DNA of 64,000 nucleotides, from assembly GCF_006345805.1 (NCBI RefSeq), contig NC_043002.1:62868001-62932000 (forward strand), read 5' to 3'. The notes under the pieces were generated by a model. The model had not been told where the DNA came from and did not search any database. It worked only from the letters and a program-made list of their open reading frames with translations. The translations under genes and the position numbers were made by a program. The stretch's first letter is position 1; every line of letters starts with the position of its first letter. This document shows positions 53,127 to 64,000 of the stretch, one piece after another. Origin of the DNA: Octopus sinensis (Eukaryota).

Positions 53127-53606
53127 ACAGTGGAATATCCAGGATGTGACACCTGGAGGAATACAAAACTGTACAAACGCTTAGTTAGTATACGTTTCAG
53201 CCGAGGAGGATACTCTTTTATCCTCTTTTACTCGTTTCAGTTATGCAGTCGTGGTCATGCTGGAGCACCACCTTGGGACATTTGTGCAATGTTTAATCAA
53301 ATATCTTATTCAAAAAGATGCAATGCATCTCCTCGTCTACGAATTGAACACACAACCTTATCAACGTGAAGCTAACCATGTCTTGCACCTTCTAATAGTA
53401 AACAAGAATTGGCGCTAATCAGAGTATGATCCACAGGCAATTGTTATTATTGTTTAACCTCAGGTTATCCCAACCTAAACAAAACTTTCATCAAATGCAT
53501 TTTAGCCATCATCAGGTTAATCTTCAGTCACGTGTTGCATATCAAGAACAACTTTATTCAATGTATTTTGTTCATTTTCCAAAACATCGGTAAATTTAGC
53601 TATATA

Positions 53607-54892
53607 TATCAGGTTGTGCAAAAAGTAAGCAATATCTTGAAATCAGAAGAATTTGTACCAGATTTATGCAGAGTTTTGAATTTTTTAAAAACATTTTCTT
53701 TCTTTTTTTGTTTTGCAATTGTCTGATAATGTAGATACAGACTTACCTAAATGCATCAATAAATCAACATTGATATTTTTTTCATTGTTGTTACAATCAT
53801 CTGAAATAGAACTGTCAAAGTGCGATATTCTAGTAATTTTGTTATTCAACTTTAAAAAAAAAGGACGTAAAGCAGCTGAAACTGCTCGCGATATCAACGA
53901 AACGTTTGGTGAGGGAATGATGAGCGAGTGATCTGCTCGAAGATGGTTTAAACGATTTCGCAGTGGAAACCTGAGCCTTGAAGATCGTGAGCGTAGTGGA
54001 CGCCAATCTGTCATCGATGACGGTCAATTAAAGACCGTCATTGAGAAAGATCCACATAAAACCACCCGAGAATTGACAAAAGAACTTCAAGTTTGACAGT
54101 TTGAGATCGGAAAATCAAAAATGGCTCGACAAATGGGTACCACACGATTTAAATGAAAATCAAAACATGCGCAGATATGGAATTTGCTCGTTTCTTCTTC
54201 TTCGTAACCAGACAGATCAATTTCTCGACCGTAGTGTAGCTAGCGTTGAAAAGTGGACTCTGTATGATAATGAAAATGTTTTTCGCAGTGGTTGGAGGAA
54301 AATGAAGCACCGAAAAACCTTCCTTAAATCCGAGTTCTTCAAAAAGAAGCTTATGCTGACTGTTTGGTGATCTATTGCTGGACTCACCCACTATAACTTC
54401 TTAAAACCCGGAAAAACCATTTCTGTAGAAACATATTGCCATGAAATTGCCAAAATGAACGAAAAACTGTACTCCTCGATCACAGACTGGTCAACGGAAG
54501 AGAGCCAATCATTCTTCATGAAAATGCTCGACCACACGTTTTACTAATAACGCTCCAGAAATTGAGGAACATTGATTATGAAGTTCTTCCCCACCCAGCC
54601 TATTCTCCAGACCTTTCTCCTACCGACTGCCACTTTTTCAAGCACGTTGATGTTTTCCTGCGAGAGAAGGAGTTCAAAAATCAAACCGATGCTGAAAGTA
54701 CATTCAAAGAGTTCATCAGCTTCAGAATTTCTGATTTTCATGTTATCTGAATAAACGAATCTGTAACTCGTCGGCAAAAATGTGTTGATTGTAATGGTAC
54801 TTACTATGATGAATAAAATTTCTGCATTGTTGAAATATATTGTGATGAATTTCCTGTTTCTAAACGTTGCTTACATTTTACTCAGCCTGATG
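53607..54892 (+). mobile_element. Near full-length mariner transposon (Hsmar1/cecropia-like), inactive
   Basis: The 24-bp imperfect TIRs read tcaggttgtgcaaaaagtaagcaa / ttgcttacattttactcagcctga, with TA flanks and about 1.29 kb length. Transposase motifs include GRKAAETAR, WVPHDL, LHENARPH and YSPDLSPTDCHFF, with stops and frameshifts. Confidence 0.93.
53807..54812 (+). pseudogene. Mariner transposase pseudogene
   Basis: The start is mutated to ATA and there are internal TGA stops and frameshifts. ORF-track pieces are 53713-53931, 54101-54370 and 54562-54750. Confidence 0.9.
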
Positions 54893-55269
54893 TATCGCAG
54901 TGTAATCAGCCATACACCGTCAAAAATATTGATGACACAAAAATTGTAATAGATCAAAAGTAGTTAATTATTCAGAAATATTGTTTCATGATTGGTTTGC
55001 GTATGTATATCGTTAAAGATTTATGCATATGCATATGTGTATGGGTGTGAGTGTGTACGCATATTTAAATATATACGTGTGTTTGTCTATCTATCTGTCT
55101 TCCCTCTGTCTGTCTGTCTCTCTCTATCTATCCATCTATCTATCTATTTATCTGTCTATGATGGACTCTCCAGTTTTTAAACGTCGTATAAGGGTTCGAC
55201 AGCTTCTCACGGAACAACCACACAGATGATTTGTTTATAGTGATAAGATGTTTATGTAGACATAAGCTC

Positions 55270-55460
55270 ACTCCCTCCGTCAGATCAACATTACCTGTAC
55301 AGGTGCAATTGGATGCCAAATGTCAGATGATGAAATGATCGCAGATCAACGTGAAATGAACTGCTTTCCTCAAGAACACAATGCAACGCCCGGTCTGGGA
55401 ATTGAACCCACGATCTCGCAACCGTGAGTGCAATACCTTAACCACTAAATCATGCGCCTT
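55270..55460 (-). mobile_element. SINE family S3-like
   Basis: Contains gggaattgaacccacgatctcgcaaccgtgag..taaccactaaatcatgcgccttc. Confidence 0.7.
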
Positions 55461-56019
55461 CTGTCTATAAACATGCTTATATATATATACACGCAATACA
55501 CACATATACATACACACTCATATAAGCGCGCACCCCTCCCCATACACAAATAGTCTCGCTCGAATTACAATAATCTTTGGGTGTCAGTGTTTGACTGGTG
55601 ATAATTAGGTTTTTAGGGAGAGATGTTTTGGTAAACTTTTATTGATCAAATTTGGGGCGATGCAATTGTTTAGAACTTATTCATGCATGTAGAACTTTGT
55701 AAACAAGCCTTCAGGCGTTTCTCTTTTATTAGGTAGACACAAGGTGTGACCACTCTTTTTTGCTTTTGGTATTATTGAATTTAATCTTTTTGTTTGACAA
55801 TATAAAGGCCAAAGTTTCAAAGTCTAGTATTTAAGCGCTTTGTAATTGGGTGTGTCAACTTTTTTTTTTCAGAAAAGAATGTAGGTAGGGAGTAAGTTGA
55901 GGCTCATCTTGTCTTTACTTATTATTTAGAGTATTGCCTGTTTTCATTTTTATAAGGTCATTTGCCAGGTATGTCATGGCTTTCTTAGTGTAGAAAATAA
56001 TTTTTTTAGTAAAGAAATA

Positions 56020-56190
56020 AGAAATGTTAGCACGCCGGGTAAATTGCTTAGCAGTATTTTGTCTGTCTTTACGCTCTGAGTTCAAATTCCGCTGAGGTCG
56101 ACTTTGTCTCTCATCATCTCGGGGTTGATCTAATAGACTAGCCCCCCTCCCCAAAAATGTCGGGCCATGTGCCTTGAGTAGAAAAGAATA
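56020..56190 (+). mobile_element. SINE family S1
   Basis: Contains gttagcacgccggg..gagttcaaattccgctgaggtcgactttg. Confidence 0.7.
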
Positions 56191-56269
56191 TCCATTGTGT
56201 TCGTGCCCAGATATTTAGAAAGACTACGAGACCTGTCGAAGCCCTTACAAACAATGCTTATGTGATTTT

Positions 56270-56480
56270 CATTTCTAAAGAAAGCTTTTCATCCGATCTT
56301 GTCCTTGCACAAATTGCAGGTTTATGATCAATTGTAGATCATGGATTAGAATTCCATTCAGTATTTGTAGCGTTTTCTGAGGCTCTAATTGTTACGTAGG
56401 ACAGTCAGTGATTTCATGATGATTCTCAAATACTATTGACAGTTAGTAACGGGCATCAACTACAACCGCTTCAGATGATT
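56270..56480 (+). mobile_element. Highly decayed CR1/L2-like RT fragment
   Basis: Scattered motif remnants KAF..LHKLQVY, SWIR and TVSNG..QP are visible. Confidence 0.35.
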
Positions 56481-57159
56481 CTGACAGAGAATCTTATTGG
56501 AAAATTCCCGAAAGGACAATTGAAGAGAGAGAATTTCTATCTGAAAGATTGTTCAAGGGGATAAATTCATGGAATTTATAGGGAAAGAAATATTAGCTAC
56601 AAGTATTGTGGGCAACGAGCATTAAGATTATATTATTGTGTATTTATGCTATGAATAGTTTCATGACGATCGTGATGATGTCTGGGAAGTTGCGGATAAG
56701 GGAGAGACTGAAGATAAGGATGATGGTGATGTTGGTGATGATAATTAAGATGAAGGTAACGATGGCGAAATAGGAAATGGTGGTGATGGTAACGGTGAAG
56801 TTGATAGTAGTTATGGTGCTGCTGACGATGGTGCATTGTTGCTGCTGCTGCAGCTGTGAAACTACTGCACATTGCAACTGCCCTTACTGCTCTTTCTGCT
56901 GCTGTGGCTGCTGCTGCTGCTGTTGCTGCAGCTGCAGTTGATGTTGTTGTTACAGCTGTCTCTGTTGCTGTATCACGCGATTGTTATTGCAACATAAACA
57001 ATTGTTTATACTCACCCCCACCAAAACCACCAGCCCCTCCACCACCACCACCACCACCACCACCATCACCACCTCATTCACCACAATCACCACTACCACC
57101 AACACCGCGACCACTAAAATAACAACAACTCTTGTGCCATTATTATAATAGCTGCTGCT

Positions 57160-57672
<513 letters not shown>

Positions 57673-58019
57673 GAGGTACTGTTGGTGTTGAGATTACTGC
57701 TGCCGCAATTTTAATCTGTTGCTCATCACTTTCTTTTCATCCACACCCGTATGCAGACCCTACTAAATCAATTTAACCCCCAGAATTCTACATACAAAGT
57801 CAAAATATCATTCATTGACTGATTTATGTAAGGTTTCCAGTTGATGAGATCAACGGAACAACCTGCTCGTGAAATTAACGTGCAAGTGGCTGAGCACTCC
57901 ACAGGCACGTGTATACATAACATAGTTCTCGGGGAGATTCAGCTTGATACAGAGTGTGACAAGGTTGGCCCTTTGAAATACAAGTACAACAGAAACAAAA
58001 AGTGAGAGAAAGATGTGAA

Positions 58020-58175
58020 AGAATACAGCAGGGTTCGACACTATCCTCTTCTGTAGGCTCGAAGAACTTTAGGTGTTTTCGCTCAATAAACACTCACAAT
58101 GCCCGGTCTGGGAATCGAAACCACGGTCCTATGAACGCGAGTCTGCTGCTCTAACAACTGGGCCATTGCGCCTCC
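58020..58175 (-). mobile_element. SINE family S4
   Basis: Reverse complement of the S4 head and body. Confidence 0.75.
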
Positions 58176-58278
58176 AGAAATATGTATATATACATGTATA
58201 TATGCATGCATGCATGATTGAATGAATGAATGAATGAATGACTGTATGTATGTATGTATGTATGCATGCATGTATGTG

Positions 58279-58347
<69 letters not shown>

Positions 58348-58515
58348 AGTAGATAACACTTGCCCAAGGTGCCACGCAGAGGAACTGAATCCGGTACCAT
58401 GTAGTTGTTAAGCAAGTTTGGGATCCTTTTCTTCTTAGATATGTTTCGAGGGAAAGTTAAATAGGGCAGGGCCTTTTGCGTAAAAAAAATGCATTGCACT
58501 GTATGTATATATATA

Positions 58516-58556
<41 letters not shown>

Positions 58557-58640
58557 TGTGTATAAATAAACCAAACATGCCAAAACGGACTGAAGCCTGT
58601 GAAATAGTACACCAGAAGCCAGCATGGAAAATGGATGTTA

Positions 58641-58679
<39 letters not shown>

Positions 58680-59499
58680 AGTGGTGGTAGTGGTGGTGGT
58701 GGTGATAATGAAGAGGATATAGATAAATTGATAGATAGATAGATTTATAGTAAGATTTAAACATCTGCATCGCCCGTACGATTGTTGAGTCACAGTAACA
58801 GAATAGCTTTCTTTCTCTTTTGCCCTCTGTTGTATTTTCAGGGTCGGTTAAACTGCGATCTGTTTACATTGTTTTGTTTTATATCCATTTTTTTGTTGTT
58901 TTTACAGCATAAGACATATTGAAAGCCTTCGTAAGTGTGCCATCACCGTCATCGCTAACAGGAGACGAGATTTGAACATGGAGAGCACAGTGCCGCAATA
59001 CATTTAGCAAAACTTCTGTTTCTATGGTGTAATATGTCGATAGTCACCGCAACCTTTTGATATAGTTCTTCGATAAATCACATTAGAAGCCCTAAAGGAG
59101 TTTTGAACGCACAGTGAGAAATTTTTTTAAGAATTATCGCTAATCTACGATTTATATCTGATGATGTTTTGTTATTCGGTTCTTAAGGCGAATTATCTGA
59201 CTTTTCCAGAAGACTTGATTTGGGGTTCAAGTGAGTATGCTATGGAAAAAAGATGTGAAATATTCCAGGCCATGATTGCAAGGGAAAAGCATGAAGAAGA
59301 CAGAAGCATTAACAACAAAAAAGCGGAAGTCCAAATATATGATATTCAGTTGAAACCAATGAACATGTAGACTTACAAGAGCCGTTTAAGCAAGGAAACC
59401 GTAGTGTGTGAAAGAGTGATTTCATCCAAGTTTAATTTCACGTTACCTTTCTTAATTAGTAAAGGTCAGGATGATCCTGTGCTTCAAGAATATAAGCTA

Positions 59500-59725
59500 A
59501 AGCTCCCTTTCGAGTCATAGAGACTCATAGGGCTAGTTTCCCGGTTTCTGAGTCGCATATATACGCCCCACCTGGACAGGACGCCGGTCTGTCGCTGAGA
59601 TACGTAGTTTTGCCAGCTGAGTGGACTGGAGCAACGTCAAATGAAATTGCCCGGTCCAGGCTTCGAAACCGGGATCTTATGATCATGAGTCCAGCACCTT
59701 AGCCACTAAGCAACGTGGCTCCGCA
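59500..59725 (-). mobile_element. SINE family S3-like
   Basis: Contains gagtggactggagcaacg..cttcgaaacc..ttagccactaagcaacgtggctcc. Confidence 0.65.
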
Positions 59726-60005
59726 TCTTCAAGAATATAACAACATATGAATGTTGAAGGTTAACTGATACAATCTACATTAACTTCAAAGCTGTGTATT
59801 CTCATGAGAAATGGAGAAGGAAAAAAGAAAACTCAACATGTAACTGCCATATTATTTACATTATTTACATTTAACGGATATTTGTCCTCATCTTCTTTGT
59901 TGTCAACACAACGTCTCGGTTGATATTCCCTCCAGCCTTTATCAGGTGACTTGTGGAAATTTCGAACCTGGATTCTAATTCCTAAAGTATTTTTCGGTGT
60001 TGCTG

Positions 60006-60045
<40 letters not shown>

Positions 60046-60048
60046 TAC

Positions 60049-60124
<76 letters not shown>

Positions 60125-60769
60125 TTCACTGTTTGGAATCGAACTCGGAGTCTTGGGGTTAGTAGACCACGTTTTTTAATTCCTACGCCATATGCCAATA
60201 TTCGAAAAGAGCGGCTCGTTGCAGAGGTCTCAGTATTATGTGGAAGGAGTTCTGGTCCATCGATTAAATCTTGGAACATTGAGTTGTGATGGATGGGAAA
60301 AATAAAAGATTCACAAGAAAGAAAAGACGGAGAAAACTACAAAGTAAATAGAATGTCAAGGAAGAGAGAACCGAAGAGTAGACTGTCGGTTGAATGACAT
60401 TTAGGAAGACTGGAGTAAGAATATCGGAATACATAGCGAAAACCAGGGACTGAGCGGAATGGAAAAGATTACTGCAAAAACAAACGTTCAAACGACGGTA
60501 GACATGCTTTGAAGACGAGTGTATCTAATTACTAGTACTTGCAGCGTCACTAACCCAGGGTAGGCTGAGCCGGCTTCGAACAATCTGTCGGTCGCAGGTT
60601 CAGTGGGAATACAATGTGGTCTTCGGATCACATGCATACACCCTTTGGGATAGGGCGATCCGTAGCAGCTCATTTTGCCGTCGATTGTCGACCGTCGCTG
60701 AGGATTCGCTGATAAGGTTACCGCTGATTATCGGAGCAGTGGTAGCCTCGATTCGAAGAGGGTTCTAGA

Positions 60770-61015
60770 GACATGTTTTAGCAAAAGCTAAGTGACATCT
60801 CACTCCCATTTGATTTTACGTCCACTTAGTTGACAAAAATCAGTTGTACCTCTATTTCAAAGAGCCAGCCATGTTACATTCAGTGTCACGCTGAATCTCC
60901 GAGAGAATAATGTTAAGGGTACACGTGTCTGAGGATTGCTAAGCCACTTGCATCAGGCTCTTCCGTTGATCGGATCAACTGCAACCCTCATCGTCGTCCC
61001 CGACGGAGTACCAGT
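60770..61015 (+). mobile_element. SINE family S3, 3' part
   Basis: Contains cacgctgaatctcc..gttgatcggatcaactg..cccgacggagtacc. Confidence 0.65.
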
Positions 61016-61720
61016 TTAAGTAACCAATATTTATTACTTTATAGAACAAATAGCTCACCAAGAACTTCAAATGGTTCGCAGATGTACATTTTACTTTTAT
61101 ATTTCGTACATAATATAGGGAATCGAGTTAAACATTTTTGGAAGATTACATTAGTTTTCTAATAAAATTGTTTTTAACTAATGCATAAACATTCAATAAC
61201 AACAAAAACAACAACAACAACAACAACGACGACAACAACAGCAGCAGTAGCAGTAACAACAACAACTATGTCAAAAGCGGGCATCGGGAGCGGCCCTCTC
61301 GTAACCACATAACAATCATTCTAATTGTACTGAAGTGCAACAGCACAATGTTTATAAATTACTCAGTACGACAAGTAGAGTGAACTCAATTAAATAATGA
61401 AACTGAACGAATTCAGGAAAACCATTTTCTGCAGTTTCATTTCTTAAATTAATCGAAATTAGCACTGGAAATGCTGCTACAATACTGCATATATAGATAA
61501 AAATAGATTTCTGCGAGGAAAAAGTAAGAGGAAGCTTCATCGCAGTAACATAATATATACGAATATGTGAGTGAATTATTTAAACAATAATAATATTTAA
61601 ATGTTGTTTTAAATTGTATCTTATTTTTAAAATATTCTTCTCCGTCATTTCAGGCATGTTACTGCAAAATAGCCAGAATACGTGTTCACAAGAATATTTG
61701 CAGTTTTATTACGACAATAT

Positions 61721-62520
61721 TAAGCTGGCTGAATGGTGAGCACGCCGGGCGAAATGCTTAGAAGTAGTTCGTCTGTCTACGTTCTGAGTTCAAATTCCGC
61801 CGAAGTCCACTTTGTCTTTTATCCTTTCGGGGTCGATTAAATAAGTATCAGTTATGTAATGGGGTCGATGTAATCGATTTAAACCCTTTGTCTGTCCTTG
61901 TTTGTCCCCTCTATGTTTAGCCCCTGAGGGGCAATAAAGAAATAAATATTAAGCTGGCTGAATCTTGAGCACGCCGGGCAAAATGCTTAGCAGTATATCG
62001 TGTCTACGTTCCGAGTTCAAATTCCGCCGAGGTCGACTTTGCCTTTAACCCTTTCGGGGTTGATAAATTAAGTACCAGTTGCGTACTGGAGTCGATCTAA
62101 ACGACTGGTCCCTTCCCACAAAAAAATTTCGGGCCTTGTGCCTTGAGTAGAAAAAAATAATAAGCTGGCAGAATCGTTAGCACGTCGGACAAAATTTTTA
62201 GCAGTATTTCGTCCGTCTCTACGTTTGTGTTCAATTTCTACCGAAGTCGACCTTGCCTCCGATCATTTCGAGATTGATAAAATAAGCACCAGTTGAGCAC
62301 TGGGATCGATATCATAGACTTACTCATCGTCTAAAATTGCTTACCTTCCGCCAACATTTGCAACCAAAATTCAACTGGCAGAAGAGTTAGTACGCCGGAC
62401 AAAATGCTTAAGGGTATTTCATCCGTCTCTTCTTTCTGAGTTCAAATTCCGCCGAGATCAAAATTGCTTTCCACTCTTTCGCGAACGATGAAATAAATAC
62501 CAGTTCAATGCTGAGGTCGA
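61721..62520 (+). mobile_element. Head-to-tail array of four SINE S1 units
   Basis: Heads (ag/aa)ctggc(t/a)gaa start at about 61723, 61950, 62162 and 62373. Confidence 0.85.
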
Positions 62521-62764
62521 TATATTTAAAGAACATAATTGTTCCTGCTGCTCTTTTGCTTGCGGTTGTAATCACTCCATTACCATAACCAAAGTTTATG
62601 GAAGTGAGTAACCCTGTTAGAACTTGACTGGCACGCTTTCATTGATCGTGGTGGAATGAACGGCTGAGTTGACCTCTGCGAAATTTGTACTCAGTACATT
62701 AGAACAATTTTCTCAAGTTCTTTCTTCCGAGGCTCGAATGATTCTCCTACCTCACCACACTCAA

Positions 62765-63490
62765 TAGGTTGCAACCATGCTGCGGCACCGCCTTAAGGAG
62801 TTCTTTGTCGAATGAATTGACTCCAGTAGATTTGTCTGAAACCTGGTACTTATTCTATCGGTCGCTTTTGCCGAACTGCTAGAATACAGGCACGTAAGCG
62901 AAACAACATCTGTCGTCAAACGGTGGTTGTGAACAAACACAAGCATAAACACACACAAACGCTCGCACACACACGCATATACACACACATACATACATAT
63001 CCGCAGACACACATCCGTACACACAGACACACGCACACACAAACACACACATATATTTCGGTATGAATAAGACGGGCTTCTTCCAGTCTCCGTCAACCAA
63101 ATCCAAACAGTGGTGGTGAACAAACACAGGCACAATGACACACACACACACGTGTACACACGCACACGCGTACACACACACACAGACACACATAAACACA
63201 CATATTTATGAATGAATAAGATAGGCTTCTTCAAGTGTCCGTCTACCAAATTCAAACGGTGGTGGTAGACAAACACAGGTACAATGACACACACACGCGT
63301 ACACACACACATACACACACACACACACAGACACGCACACACAAATAAACACACACACATATACACATATTTATGCATGAATACGACGGGCTTCTTCCAG
63401 TTTGCGTCTACCAAATCCAGTCACAAAGCCTTCGTAGGCTCGTGATTACCGCAGAAGACACTTGCTTAAGGACACTGCGGCAGGAACTAT
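62765..63490 (-). mobile_element. SINE family S2 with internally triplicated middle
   Basis: Three units start at 62921, 63108 and 63257. Confidence 0.75.
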
Positions 63491-63566
63491 ATAATTAGGA
63501 AAGGAGAAGCAAGCTTCTTGGCACACAAACACACCTACGCCTAGTTTTGTAAATATTTATTAAAAC

Positions 63567-63650
63567 TACAGTAATCCCTCGACTATCACGGGTGTTACGT
63601 TCCAAACCCCACCGCGATAGGTGAAAATCCGCGAAGTAGAAACAGCACCG
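63567..63650 (+). mobile_element. pogo/Tigger-like MITE end
   Basis: Reads TA-cagtaatccctcgactatcacgggtgttacgttcc, a Tigger-type CAGT..CCTCG terminus. Confidence 0.5.
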
Positions 63651-63744
63651 TTCAAGATGAGGACAAATATCCGTCAAATGTAAATAATGTAAATAATGTA
63701 TATTATTCCTCATGTCTTAAATATAGAACTGTAGTACTGTTCAC

Positions 63745-63990
63745 TTTTACTCTTTTACCTGGTTCAGTCATTTGACTGCGGTCATACTGGAGCACCACCT
63801 TAAAGGGTGTTAGTCGAATAAATCGAACCCAGGACTTATTCATTTCTAAGCCTTGTACTTATTCTATCGGTATATTTGCCAAACTGCTAAGTTACGGGGA
63901 CATAAACACACCAGCATGGGTTGTAAATACACACACACACACACAAGCAAATATATATATACATATATGACGGGCTATTTCCTGTTTCTG
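63745..63990 (-). mobile_element. SINE family S2 (tail and internal repeat)
   Basis: Contains ttcagtcatttgactgcgg..ctggagcacc..acgggcta. Confidence 0.7.
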
Positions 63991-64000
63991 TGGCTATAGT

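Overview
This is AT-rich animal non-coding DNA, saturated with microsatellites. The tRNA-headed SINE families and repeat density suggest an octopus-like cephalopod (inference). No intact host protein-coding gene is supportable; almost all ORFs in the track are translated (TA/CA/GATA/ATT/CTA)n repeats. The window holds: (1) a 5'-truncated, decayed Penelope-like retroelement (PLE; RT + C-terminal GIY-YIG, Naiad-like) at 39.5-43.3 kb and a second GIY-YIG remnant at 29.1-29.6 kb; (2) several type-I hammerhead-ribozyme (HHR) folds, read by hand, from at least four sequence families; (3) five decayed Tc1/mariner-superfamily elements plus a mariner 5' fragment fused to an RTE 3' fragment; (4) four SINE families; (5) a 785-bp foldback element with an 8-bp TSD and a perfect 108-bp inverted repeat; (6) a CpG/G4/CRE-rich promoter-like island; (7) two probable assembly duplications. 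The HHR folds include one at the PLE 3' end, solo copies abutting microsatellites, fold-back pseudo-LTR derivatives, and a family with a non-canonical CUGUNGA core and a compensatory stem II change. The most promising signal is this microsatellite-associated set of PLE-type hammerhead mini-elements. A second notable signal is an inverted self-insertion of the PLE's own endonuclease sequence into its linker. All RNA structures were paired by eye; activity is untested.
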